Shown here one piece after another: positions 16,986-26,263 of a stretch of 35,557 bases of DNA. Both the position numbers and the translations under genes were made by a program. Under the pieces are notes generated by a model. That model saw nothing but the letters and a program-made list of their open reading frames with translations. It was not told the DNA's origin and made no database searches. Source of the stretch: Nitrospirota bacterium (lineage in GTDB: Bacteria; Nitrospirota; Thermodesulfovibrionia; Thermodesulfovibrionales; Dissulfurispiraceae); assembly GCA_040758355.1 (NCBI GenBank), contig JBFLWF010000024.1, forward strand, positions 1 through 35,557, written 5' to 3'. Each line of letters opens with the position of its first letter. Within the stretch, counting starts at the first letter, position 1.

Positions 16986-18947
16986 CTACCTATCGAGCAC
17001 CTCCCTCACCTTTCTGAGGAGAACATTAGGAGAAACAGGCTTTGAAATAAATTCGAACTCTTTTTCATTAATACCTTTCAGGCTTAAGATGTCTCCTGTA
17101 TAGCCGCTCAGGAACATGACTTTAATATCTGGCGATATCTTCTTTATCTCATCATATGCCTCTTTGCCGCCCTTTTCGGGCATTATCACATCGAGTATGA
17201 CAAGTCGTATGAGGTCTTTATTCTCTATGAACCTGTTTACTGCCTCTTCTCCATTTTCCACTGCTATGACATTGTAGCCAAACTTTTCAAGCACTGCCTT
17301 TGTGAGTTTCCTCAATCCCGGGTCATCTTCTGCCACGAGTATGGTTTCTGTTCCTCCTCTTACCGGTACTACCTCGGATGGCTGTCTTTCGAATATCTCC
17401 GTTTTAATCAGCGGCAGGTATACCTTGAATGTCGTACCCATATCTGGCTCGCTGTAGACATTTATATAGCCGTTGTGCTGTTTGACTATTCCATAAACCA
17501 CTGAAAGTCCGAGTCCTGTACCTTTGCCGAGCTCCTTTGTGGTAAAAAACGGTTCAAATATCCTCTCCCTTGTCTTTTCATCCATTCCGATGCCTGTGTC
17601 TGTTCCGCTGACAAGGGCATACCTTCCAGGCTCTCCATAGCCGTGTTTTTTTACAAACTCGCTGTCTATCTCTACAGGTTCGGTAGCTATTGTCAATACC
17701 CCTCCTTCTGGCATTGCATCCCTTGCGTTTGTTGCGAGGTTGATCAATATCTGGCCTATCTGACTGCTGTCTGCCATTATCGTCATGTCCTTTTCATATA
17801 GTATGAATTTAAGTTTGATGTCTTCACGTATGAGTCTTAACAGCAGTTTTTCGATATTCCTTATACTGTCATTGATGTTTACAGGTTTTATATCAAGCAC
17901 CTGTTTTCTGCTGAATGCAAGGAGCTGGTGGGTTATCATTGCTGCTCTCTCTGCTGCATCGAGTATCTGCTCTACGTGGGACATCAGAGGGCTGTCTTTG
18001 TCCATATCCATCTTTAAAAGACTTCCAAAACCCATTATTGCATTGAGCATATTGTTAAAGTCATGGGCAATGCCGCCGGCAAGCTGACCAATGGCCTCCA
18101 TCTTTGATGCCTGGCGAAGCTGGATTTCGAGTTTCGCTTTCTCTTCCTCTGCCTTTTTGTGCTCGGTTATGTTGCGCACAACGGCGACTACGTAGCTCTC
18201 ATTCCCGGCAGTAACAACCCGAGTACTGACTTCGACAGGAAAGTGGCTGCCGTCCTTGCGCAGGGCCTCGAATTCGAAGAGGTTCTGCCCTTTGGCACGA
18301 AGTTCCTGAACGTGCGCCTGCCAGGCGGGAATGTCTCGGATTTGTGACTGGATGTCCACTACCCTGCGCTGCAACAGTTCGTCGCGCGTGTAACCAAGAT
18401 CGCGACAAGCCGCCTGGTTGACGTCCAAGAAGCGGCCAGTGGCAGGCTCCACGATGTAGATGCTGTCGATGGACTGATCGAGCAATTCGCGAAAGAGCCG
18501 AAGCTGGGCCTCCGCCTGCTTGCGCTCGGTGATGTCTCGAAGGAATGTAAATAACATTCCCTCGTCACCTTTAATGTAGTTGACGCTTACTTCTATATCA
18601 ATAATCCTGCCGTCCCTGTGTCTGTGGCGGGTCTCAAACCGATCCGAGCCGGTTTCCATTAGTTTCCTTATGCGGGCAGCTGTTTCCTCAGGACTTTCCA
18701 CAGCCTCGATATCCTGAACGCGCATCTTGAGAAGCTCATCCCTGCTGTAACCTATCATATGGCAATAGGCATCGTTGACATCAAGAAAGCGCCCCTCTGT
18801 ATCCACAAGCAAAAAGCCGTCCATGGATGTGCGAATTATAGTCTTGTACTGCTCCTCCACGAGTGTCCTTTCCTCAGCGGCCTGTTTCAGCACTGCAATC
18901 TCCCTGCGAAGTGCCTCGATCTGATTCATTGTCTTTTCATCCATCAT
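16986..18947 (-). CDS. PAS-PAS hybrid histidine kinase / receiver
   Basis: Two PAS domains, [27 protein letters not shown]-terminal REC (VAEDD, ILDVIMP, ISKP). Confidence 0.93.
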   Translation of the reverse strand: MMDEKTMNQIEALRREIAVLKQAAEERTLVEEQYKTIIRTSMDGFLLVDTEGRFLDVNDAYCHMIGYSRDELLKMRVQDIEAVESPEETAARIRKLMETGSDRFETRHRHRDGRIIDIEVSVNYIKGDEGMLFTFLRDITERKQAEAQLRLFRELLDQSIDSIYIVEPATGRFLDVNQAACRDLGYTRDELLQRRVVDIQSQIRDIPAWQAHVQELRAKGQNLFEFEALRKDGSHFPVEVSTRVVTAGNESYVVAVVRNITEHKKAEEEKAKLEIQLRQASKMEAIGQLAGGIAHDFNNMLNAIMGFGSLLKMDMDKDSPLMSHVEQILDAAERAAMITHQLLAFSRKQVLDIKPVNINDSIRNIEKLLLRLIREDIKLKFILYEKDMTIMADSSQIGQILINLATNARDAMPEGGVLTIATEPVEIDSEFVKKHGYGEPGRYALVSGTDTGIGMDEKTRERIFEPFFTTKELGKGTGLGLSVVYGIVKQHNGYINVYSEPDMGTTFKVYLPLIKTEIFERQPSEVVPVRGGTETILVAEDDPGLRKLTKAVLEKFGYNVIAVENGEEAVNRFIENKDLIRLVILDVIMPEKGGKEAYDEIKKISPDIKVMFLSGYTGDILSLKGINEKEFEFISKPVSPNVLLRKVREVLDR

Positions 18948-19040
18948 CTATTACCTCTTTGTCATACAAAAGTTCGGAGAAATGTCATATTAACAGCATG
19001 AAAGTGAACTGAAATGAAAAGAATTCTTTAATGGCAAGAA

Positions 19041-19068
19041 ACTGACTGACTGACTGACTGACTGACTG
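19041..19068. repeat. Tetranucleotide microsatellite (ACTG)7
   Basis: Seven perfect ACTG units upstream of the hybrid kinase. Confidence 0.9.
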
Positions 19069-19145
19069 AGCAAGTTTTGTTCCATCTCTATCTTACTCTT
19101 ACACCTTTAGAGCATTAGTACAAAAACCTCAAACTTTATTATCTT

Positions 19146-19174
19146 TAAATATCACTTAATGAATCCGGTGTCAA
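19146..19174 (-). promoter_or_regulatory. Possible sigma70 promoter for the hybrid kinase
   Basis: TTGACA-17 nt-TATTTA with an extended -10 TG. Confidence 0.4.
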
Positions 19175-19287
19175 GTTTTTTGTAGTCCTGGATTTTGTTG
19201 CCTGGTAGCTTGTCTTCGGTTGTTCATCAATAGATAAGTTTAATGCGCTCCTTGACTTCGCATCATTAACTGCTTTAAAGTATTTTT

Positions 19288-19539
19288 ATGCAGTTGACCT
19301 CTGAAATAAAGACATCTTTAAAGCGTGAATATACGCTTTGTTCAAATGCCGCTTCTTTTTATAAAAAGGCATTAAAAGAATTTGAGCGTAAATATCATCT
19401 CTCCACGCAGGCATTTCTAAAAAAATTTGAGATGGGTCTGATGGGAGATGAAACAGACTATTTTGACTGGTATGCCTTTGCAAAGCTCCTTTCCCAATGG
19501 CAGAAGACCCAGTCTGCCATCCGCTCTGCTGTCCGATGA
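19288..19539 (+). CDS. Putative antitoxin-like small protein
   Basis: LKEFERKYHLSTQAFLKKFEMGLMGDETDYFDW pattern; stop overlaps the next ATG (ATGA). Confidence 0.7.
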   Translation: MQLTSEIKTSLKREYTLCSNAASFYKKALKEFERKYHLSTQAFLKKFEMGLMGDETDYFDWYAFAKLLSQWQKTQSAIRSAVR

Positions 19540-19916
19540 CCCTGAAATTCATTGAGACCATCGAAAAAACCATTGCTTCTAATCCAATCATCCTATCCTC
19601 CAACATCCAAAAGCATTTTGGCCCTGACTCAAAAACAGTTTATGTCATGGGCAGTATTATCTTTATAGACTCATCAGTCCTTGAGATAGCAATATTTGCC
19701 GCTGAAATCTCCACTGCAGTAATAATTGACAAATATAGGTTTCATTACATGGATAATAAAGGTGAGATGCTCTTCCGCTATGACAACGCCCCTCATCATC
19801 CCGAAATCCAGTCTTACCCTCATCATAAGCATATTAAAAACCTTGTTATCCCTGCTCATCTTCCAAATCTGAAAGAAATTCTGAATGAAATAAGCGCCAT
19901 GATTTTGAAAAAATAA
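19536..19916 (+). CDS. DUF6516 (TumE-like) putative toxin
   Basis: YRFHYMD...FRYDNAPHHPEIQSYPHHKH signature; translationally coupled start at 19536. Confidence 0.75.
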   Translation: MTLKFIETIEKTIASNPIILSSNIQKHFGPDSKTVYVMGSIIFIDSSVLEIAIFAAEISTAVIIDKYRFHYMDNKGEMLFRYDNAPHHPEIQSYPHHKHIKNLVIPAHLPNLKEILNEISAMILKK

Positions 19917-19933
19917 GCCATATCCCGCATTTG

Positions 19934-22324
19934 TTACAACACTCCAGCCTTTATCCTTTCCCTTACAATATACGCCTGTCCGAGGGATATGCCTGCGTCA
20001 TTGCAGGGAACCTTCTCATTGGTATGGACATTGAATCCGAGGGCTGAAAGCTGACTAACCGTGCCTTCCAGAAGATATTCGTTCTGGAAAACGCCGCCGC
20101 TTAGTGCGACATTTTTTATCCCGTATTTCTTGCTTATGCGATTGACAGCTTCTGTTATTACGTTGATCATTGTATTATGGAATTTGGCAGCAATGAGACC
20201 TTTGTCCTCCTTGAGTTTTACATCTTCAATTATCTGCAAAATCATCTTCGAAAAATCCACAATTATCGGTGAATGAGTAGATGGGTGAATGGGTGAATGG
20301 GCATTCATGTCTGAAATTTCAAAAGGATATGCTTCCTGCAAATTCGAATTTCGAATTTCGAATTTCGAATTTTGTATAATGTTTTCAAGTGCTATTGCAG
20401 CCTCGCCTTCAAAGGTATTTTCATCGCATATCCCTGCAATTGCAGATACTGCATCAAACAGCCTGCCTGCGCCTGACGAGAGAGGAGAAAATTGTTTGTT
20501 GCCGAGAAGCTTTAAGATGTTTTCAATTTTGTCTTTTCCGTACTTTTCAAGAAAACCTATAAAGTCGAGCCAATCCCAAACACTCCTGACTGCTGACTGC
20601 TGACTGCTGACTGCTTTTGCAATATAACTTATCGCTGTTCTCCAGCACTCCTTTATAGCCCTATCGCCGCCGGGCAGCGGAATGTATTTAAAATGGGCAG
20701 CCCTCTCAAACCCCTTTAAATCACAGATAAGGAATTCTCCACCCCAGAGATTTTTATCCGTGCCGTATCCTGTACCGTCAAGGGCAACCCCTATGACCTT
20801 ATCCTTCAAGCCTTTTTCTGCCATAACAGACGCTATATGCGCATAGTGATGCTGAATGCCTATCTTCTCAACTTCTGCCTTCTGTCCTAATACCCACTGC
20901 GTGGATAAATAATTGGGATGCAGGTCATAGGCAATGGCAACGGGATTTGCCCTGTAAACCTGTTTAAGATTATTCAGGGTTTCCTCAAAAAAAATCAGTG
21001 TCTCAAGATTTTCCATATCACCGATATGCTGGCTTACAATGGCATAACTACCTCTTGTGATTGTAAATGTGTTTTTAATATCAGCGCCACAACCAAAAAC
21101 ATCAGGGCCGTCATCATTCAGTTGAATCGGCTCAGGCACATAACCCCTCGCCCTTCTTATAAACTGGCGAGGTTTAATCACTGAATCATCCACCCTCATG
21201 AAAATATCCCTGTTATGCAGGAGAAAGGCATCTGCAATATCTGAGAGCTTTGATACCGCCTCGTCATTGCTTATAACTATCGGCTCCTCTGACAGGTTGC
21301 CGCTTGTCATAACTAAAGCAGAAAAATGAAAGGTTATAGGCGATAGGCAATGGGCAATGGGATAATGAAACAAAAGATAATGTAAAGGTGTATAGGGAAG
21401 CATAAAACCAAGATATTTGTTATTCGGAGCAATTTCGTCAGGCAGTTCCTTGACCTTTAGCCTTTGACCCTTGACCCTTTTCTTTAAAAGCACTATCGGC
21501 CTGCGTCTATCTGCAAGCAGTTTTTCCTCTTCATCAGAAACCTCGCAGAATTGTCTGACGGCTTCCGTATCAGGAGACATGAGGGCAAAAGGTTTATTGC
21601 TGCGTCTCTTCTTCTCCCTTAATCTCCTAACAGCATCTTCATTCTCAGCATCGCAGCAGAGATGAAAACCTCCGAGGCCTTTAATTGCAATAATCGCTCC
21701 CTGCTTTAATAATTCTATCGCTGCCTCTATCGGGTTCTGGCTGACGGCTGATGGCTGATGGCTGATGGCTAAAGTCAATTTCGGCCCGCATTCATGACAT
21801 GCATTGGGCTGCGCATGGAATCTGCGATTAAGAGGATTATTGTATTCCGAAAGGCATTGAGGACACATATCGAATACTGACATTGTTGTGTTGGGTCTAT
21901 CATATGGAACTCGCTGCGTTATAGAATATCGCGGCCCGCAGTTTGTGCAATTTATGAATGGATAAAGATGGCGTCTGTCAGATGGGTCGAGCAGTTCTTT
22001 CAGGCAGTCATCGCAAATGGAAATATCCGTCGAGATAAGCGTGAATCTCCCGGCATCAATGCTCTCAACAATTATGAAATCCTCATAGCCATTAAGAGGC
22101 AGCTCCTCTGTCTTAATGCTGTCTATTCTGGCAATCGGAGGGCATTTATTCTGGATGGATTGAAGAAATTCATTAAGGGATTCCCCTTCAGCCTCGATGA
22201 TGACCCCATCGGATGTGTTTTTTACATAACCTTTGAGATTAGAATTTTTTGCGAGGTTATAAATAAAAGGCCTGAAGCCCACACCCTGGACAATGCCTTT
22301 TATCGATATGAGTATGCGATTCAT
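19934..22324 (-). CDS. hypF: Hydrogenase maturation carbamoyltransferase HypF
   Basis: GIVQGVGFRPF acylphosphatase domain, CDDC/CTNCGPR and CPQC/CHECGP Zn fingers, QHHYAH, DGTGYG, NDAGISLGQA. Confidence 0.96.
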   Translation of the reverse strand: MNRILISIKGIVQGVGFRPFIYNLAKNSNLKGYVKNTSDGVIIEAEGESLNEFLQSIQNKCPPIARIDSIKTEELPLNGYEDFIIVESIDAGRFTLISTDISICDDCLKELLDPSDRRHLYPFINCTNCGPRYSITQRVPYDRPNTTMSVFDMCPQCLSEYNNPLNRRFHAQPNACHECGPKLTLAISHQPSAVSQNPIEAAIELLKQGAIIAIKGLGGFHLCCDAENEDAVRRLREKKRRSNKPFALMSPDTEAVRQFCEVSDEEEKLLADRRRPIVLLKKRVKGQRLKVKELPDEIAPNNKYLGFMLPYTPLHYLLFHYPIAHCLSPITFHFSALVMTSGNLSEEPIVISNDEAVSKLSDIADAFLLHNRDIFMRVDDSVIKPRQFIRRARGYVPEPIQLNDDGPDVFGCGADIKNTFTITRGSYAIVSQHIGDMENLETLIFFEETLNNLKQVYRANPVAIAYDLHPNYLSTQWVLGQKAEVEKIGIQHHYAHIASVMAEKGLKDKVIGVALDGTGYGTDKNLWGGEFLICDLKGFERAAHFKYIPLPGGDRAIKECWRTAISYIAKAVSSQQSAVRSVWDWLDFIGFLEKYGKDKIENILKLLGNKQFSPLSSGAGRLFDAVSAIAGICDENTFEGEAAIALENIIQNSKFEIRNSNLQEAYPFEISDMNAHSPIHPSTHSPIIVDFSKMILQIIEDVKLKEDKGLIAAKFHNTMINVITEAVNRISKKYGIKNVALSGGVFQNEYLLEGTVSQLSALGFNVHTNEKVPCNDAGISLGQAYIVRERIKAGVL

Positions 22325-22332
22325 TTAGACAA

Positions 22333-22495
22333 CAGCGGGGTTGGGCTGACTTGAAGTAAAATTTCTGGGTTCTCTGAGGGGCAAAGTAACGACTGCCCCT
22401 TCGGTCTCAACTTAGAAAAACTATTGTATTCTGCTATGCTTTTCATATAGCACTGACGACTAATTAATTTTGCGAAAGTCAGCTCAACCCCGCTG
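22333..22495. repeat. ~165-bp fold-back element, copy 1 (MITE-like or structured RNA)
   Basis: Arms CAGCGGGGTTGGGCTGACTT / AAGTCAGCTCAACCCCGCTG; interior homologous to 25015-25187. Confidence 0.75.
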
Positions 22496-22504
22496 AATAG
22501 CTGC

Positions 22505-23158
22505 TCATGTAACCTTTTTAACAAATATCTCCTTTGCAAGTTCAGGGTCTATGGCAATGGTGGTCTCATCCACCTGAAGGACGATGGACGGCCTCTTCTG
22601 TATCAACTTTATTACCGTTCCCGGGATAATTCCAATGGAGCTTAAACGTCCTATCCTCGCAGCCTCTGACGGCGTGATAAATAATATCTTTCCCCTGTAC
22701 CCGACCTCGAAATCAACAAGCCTTACAACAACAGGCTGTACATCCACCCTGTATTTCTTGCAGCACTCTCCCCTCGGAATGGGCTTTCCATGAGGGCATG
22801 TAGGAGGATGTCCCAAAAATGTGCATACACTGTCCGTGAGTTCTTCGCTGAGTATATGCTCCATCTTGCAGGCATCTTCATGAACAACGTCTCCTGAAAG
22901 GTCAAACACATCGGTAAAAAGCCTCTCTGCAAGCCTGTGCCTTCTTATGAGCCCTTTTGACAGCTCATTGCCTTTATCAGTAAGCCTTATATTATTGTCA
23001 CCGACAGCGACCAGTCCTTCATGGATCAGTAATTGAATCAAGGAATCAACATCAGAGTCATCAGAACTTAATCTAAACCTTTTTATGTCAGAAGACTCTT
23101 CCTCGCTCAATTCCCACAAAAGCTCCAGTGCTTCGTCAATCCTCTCCTTTTCCATCAC
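22505..23158 (-). CDS. DtxR/MntR-family metal-dependent regulator with FeoA domain
   Basis: RRHRLAERLF, ACKMEH, LGHPPTCPHGKPIP, C-terminal FeoA/SH3-like domain. Confidence 0.9.
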   Translation of the reverse strand: MMEKERIDEALELLWELSEEESSDIKRFRLSSDDSDVDSLIQLLIHEGLVAVGDNNIRLTDKGNELSKGLIRRHRLAERLFTDVFDLSGDVVHEDACKMEHILSEELTDSVCTFLGHPPTCPHGKPIPRGECCKKYRVDVQPVVVRLVDFEVGYRGKILFITPSEAARIGRLSSIGIIPGTVIKLIQKRPSIVLQVDETTIAIDPELAKEIFVKKVT

Positions 23159-23164
23159 ACCTCC

Positions 23165-23839
23165 TTAAAACGGTAATGGTAAATCCATAACCTTTTGAAA
23201 ACTCTTCCTGTGTATAGGACATGGGCCGTATTTTTCTATTTTATCAAGATGTGCTTTGGTTGCATAGCCCTTATGTTTATCAAACCCGTATTGCGGATAG
23301 ATGGAGTGATATTTGATCATGATGCCGTCCCTCACAACCTTCGCAATAATGGATGCAGCGGCAATGGAGGCGCTTTTTGCATCGCCCTTAATAATAGGCA
23401 TCTGTTTTATTTTTATGGACGGGATGGTAAGGGCATCTATGAGGATTATATCGGGCTTGCCGGAATTATTTGTTAAATCCATCGCTGCATTGTGCATTGC
23501 CTGTCTTGTGGCCCTCAGTATATTAATCCTGTCAATTTCCACGGAATCAATGATACCGATGCCCATGTCCAATGCATTGAGCAGTATGGCCCAGAAGAGA
23601 TCTTCCCTCTCTTTTTCGGGTATCTTCTTTGAGTCCCTTATGCCCTCAATCCTGATATTATCGGGCAGGATTACAGCAGCCGCTACAACTGGCCCTGCCA
23701 CAGGTCCTCTGCCGGCCTCATCAATCCCCGCAATCATGCTGAATCCATTCTTCCTGATGGATTCGTCATATTCATAAAGGTCTCCCGAGAAATTTCCTGA
23801 TGGAAATTTCTCGGGTCGGCTTAGAGACCTGTTCCGCAT
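23165..23839 (-). CDS. rnhB: Ribonuclease HII
   Basis: AGIDEAGRGP, DSKK, KGDAKSASIAAASIIAKV, HKGY. Confidence 0.95.
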   Translation of the reverse strand: MRNRSLSRPEKFPSGNFSGDLYEYDESIRKNGFSMIAGIDEAGRGPVAGPVVAAAVILPDNIRIEGIRDSKKIPEKEREDLFWAILLNALDMGIGIIDSVEIDRINILRATRQAMHNAAMDLTNNSGKPDIILIDALTIPSIKIKQMPIIKGDAKSASIAAASIIAKVVRDGIMIKYHSIYPQYGFDKHKGYATKAHLDKIEKYGPCPIHRKSFQKVMDLPLPF

Positions 23840-23841
23840 AG

Positions 23842-24201
23842 TTATGCGTTGGCTACTGTTTCTCTTGCCTTTTCTTTAACCTTTGACTCTTTGCCCTTCT
23901 TGCCCCTGAGGTAATAAAGCTTTGCCCTCCTCACATCACCCTGCTTTACCACCTCTATTTTGTCAATGGAAGGCGAATGCACAGGGAATATTCTCTCAAC
24001 GCCCACACCAAAGGAAATCTTCCTTACGATAAACGTCTCACGTACGCCGCTTCCTTTGCGGGAGATCACGACTCCTTCGAAGGGCTGAAGCCTTTCTTTG
24101 TCTCCCTCGATAACCTTCACATATATTTTGACGGTATCTCCCACATTAAAGCCGGGTATCTCTTTCTTGTAACCCTCTTCTATTGTTTGTATCATATTCA
24201 T
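23842..24201 (-). CDS. rplS: 50S ribosomal protein L19
   Basis: [35 protein letters not shown]. Confidence 0.97.
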   Translation of the reverse strand: MNMIQTIEEGYKKEIPGFNVGDTVKIYVKVIEGDKERLQPFEGVVISRKGSGVRETFIVRKISFGVGVERIFPVHSPSIDKIEVVKQGDVRRAKLYYLRGKKGKESKVKEKARETVANA

Positions 24202-24218
24202 ACATTTCCTCCAGACTT

Positions 24219-25001
24219 TTATTTCTCTATTTTATGTATTTTTTCCGAGCAAAGCCCGCGATTAATATCTTCTAATATCTCTTTATCTTCTTCGTTTAAC
24301 TCAGCCATTTTAAGGAGGTCCGGCCTTCTCTGCAAAGTCCTCTTTATTGCTTCCCTTCTCCTCCACCGCGATATCTCCCTGTGGTTGCCGGAGAGCAAGA
24401 CTTCAGGAACCTTCATTCCCATAAACTCAGGAGGTCTTGTATAGTGGGGATAATCGAGAAGCCCCCGGGCAAAAGACTCTTCCTTTGCAGATTCCTCATC
24501 GCCCAGCACACCCGGTACCAACCGGGCAATGCTGTCTATTATAACCAAAGCAGCCAGTTCTCCGCCAGTCATTACATAATCTCCAATGGAAATTTCTTCA
24601 TCCACAAGGGATTCCCTGACCCTTTCATCTATACCCTCGTATCTGCCGCAGATAAAGAGAATTCTCCTCTTTTCCTTTGAGAGGTCTTCTGCCATCCCTT
24701 GATTGTATGCTTTGCCCTGCGGACTTAACATCACGGTCAATCTTTCCGTCCCATTTTTATAATCGGCTGCCTTTATCGCCTGAACTGCATTGTATATGGG
24801 CTCTATCTTCATCACCATACCAGGGCCGCCGCCGTATGGATAGTCATCAACCGTCCTGTGCTTATCTGTCGTAAAGTCTCTTAGGTTATAAACCCTTACA
24901 TCAAGCAATTCTCTCTGCAATGCCCTTTTGAGAATGCTCTCACCGAGATAGGCATGAAATATCTCGGGGAAGATGGTAATTATATCGAATCCGATAGTCA
25001 T
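24219..25001 (-). CDS. trmD: tRNA (guanine-N1)-methyltransferase
   Basis: [41 protein letters not shown]. Confidence 0.97.
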   Translation of the reverse strand: MTIGFDIITIFPEIFHAYLGESILKRALQRELLDVRVYNLRDFTTDKHRTVDDYPYGGGPGMVMKIEPIYNAVQAIKAADYKNGTERLTVMLSPQGKAYNQGMAEDLSKEKRRILFICGRYEGIDERVRESLVDEEISIGDYVMTGGELAALVIIDSIARLVPGVLGDEESAKEESFARGLLDYPHYTRPPEFMGMKVPEVLLSGNHREISRWRRREAIKRTLQRRPDLLKMAELNEEDKEILEDINRGLCSEKIHKIEK

Positions 25002-25014
25002 GCTCGTCTATACC

Positions 25015-25187
25015 AATGCTGGCATGATGCTGCGGACTTGAAGCAAAATTGCTGGGTTCTCCGAGGGGCAAAGTAACGACTGCCCCTTACCTCTGCTCTT
25101 AGAAAAATTTTATATTCTATTTTACGATTCATAAAGCACAAACGACTAATAATTTTGCAAAAGTCAGCTGCAGCATGCCGACGCATT
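25015..25187. repeat. ~170-bp fold-back element, copy 2
   Basis: Shares GACTTGAAG-AAAATT...CTGGGTTCTC-GAGGGGCAAAGTAACGACTGCCCCTT...CTTAGAAAAA...ACGACTAAT...AATTTTGC-AAAGTCAGCT with copy 1. Confidence 0.75.
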
Positions 25188-25192
25188 ACCTT

Positions 25193-25729
25193 CTATGCCT
25201 CTTCAGCTTCCATAAGCTTCACTATCATCTTTCTTGCCTCTAAATCTATCTCTTGAATAACATCCTTTATTGCAGGAATGAGGTATTCCCTATCTCCTCC
25301 CATCACAACATATACGTCACTGCTTCCTGTCTCGAATATGGACATTATCTTTCCGAGATAGTCGCCATCGATTGTATAAACACTCAGTCCGATTATCTGG
25401 TAGTGATAATAAACACCGCCAGCCAATTTCGGACTTTCTGATTCTTTGATCTTTATCAATGCACCGCGGTATCTTCTGGCGTCCTCCGGTGTTTCGCACC
25501 CCTCAAAACCTATCAGGAGGTTGTTCCGATGGGGTCTTACAGACTTTAATTTTTTATGCTCGATTCTATCCTGAACCTGAACAGCTACTTCCTTGAGTTT
25601 TGAAAATCTTTCGGGATCGAAGGTCAACGGCAGCACTATCACCTCTCCCTTCAAGCCCCACTCTCTTACTACCCTTCCTACAGTAACAAGACCTTCTTCT
25701 GCATTCATGACAAAACCTAAATTATGCAA
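25193..25729 (-). CDS. rimM: Ribosome maturation factor RimM (start may be ATG 25708)
   Basis: VGRVVREWGLKGEV, YYHYQIIGL, ETGSSDVYVV, LIPAI; conserved position between khpA and trmD. Confidence 0.92.
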   Translation of the reverse strand: MHNLGFVMNAEEGLVTVGRVVREWGLKGEVIVLPLTFDPERFSKLKEVAVQVQDRIEHKKLKSVRPHRNNLLIGFEGCETPEDARRYRGALIKIKESESPKLAGGVYYHYQIIGLSVYTIDGDYLGKIMSIFETGSSDVYVVMGGDREYLIPAIKDVIQEIDLEARKMIVKLMEAEEA

Positions 25730-25744
25730 TTCAAATCTAAAAAT

Positions 25745-25910
25745 TATATGTCAGGCGCTGCGAAAAGACTTTAAACCACGCACTTGTAAAAACATTTATC
25801 TTATATCCGTCATCTACTACATTGGATACTTGCTGGATTATATATTTATTATCTTTCATATACACTTGAACTAACACTTTTTAAAGTCTTTGAGCAGTGT
25901 CTGATATATA
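25745..25910. repeat. ~165-bp fold-back element, divergent copy 3
   Basis: 31-nt imperfect arms TATATGTCAGGCGCTGCGAAAAGACTTTAAA / TTTAAAGTCTTTGAGCAGTGTCTGATATATA. Confidence 0.7.
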
Positions 25911-25928
25911 AAACCGCTCAACTTAGGT

Positions 25929-25961
25929 AAAAAAACAAAGGGCGTTCCGAAAAACGCCCTT
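25929..25961 (-). terminator. Putative rho-independent terminator after khpA
   Basis: AAGGGCGTT/AACGCCCTT stem followed on the minus strand by a T tract. Confidence 0.6.
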
Positions 25962-25985
25962 CGAAAATTTTTATTTTGCCTACTT

Positions 25986-26216
25986 TTATTCCAATATCTC
26001 AAGTACACAGCGCTTGCCAACCTTTGTGCCTGCAGCGCCGAGTATGGTCCTCATTGCACGGGCAGTTTTCCCCTGCTTGCCGATAACCTTTCCGAGGTCG
26101 CCCTGAGATACCCTGAGCTCGTAAACCGTTGTCCTCTCCCCTTCAACCTCGGTAACCTTCACATCATCAGGCCTATCAACAAGTGACTTAGCCATCGCCT
26201 CGATCAATGTCTTCAT
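25986..26216 (-). CDS. khpA: KH-domain RNA-binding protein KhpA
   Basis: [25 protein letters not shown]; follows rpsP. Confidence 0.93.
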   Translation of the reverse strand: MKTLIEAMAKSLVDRPDDVKVTEVEGERTTVYELRVSQGDLGKVIGKQGKTARAMRTILGAAGTKVGKRCVLEILE

Positions 26217-26263
26217 CTTTCCACCTCCATAGGGTTTAGAATTTAGGATTGTGGTTTAGAAAG

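Noticed and set aside
22321..22539. Short ORFs 22321-22539 and 24998-25186
   Set aside because: They are read-throughs of the fold-back repeat elements with no recognisable protein features.
26232..26262. Weak 7-nt periodicity (GGGTTTA GAATTTA GGATTGT GGTTTAG) between rpsP and khpA
   Set aside because: Too degenerate and lacking an inverted partner to count confidently as an array.
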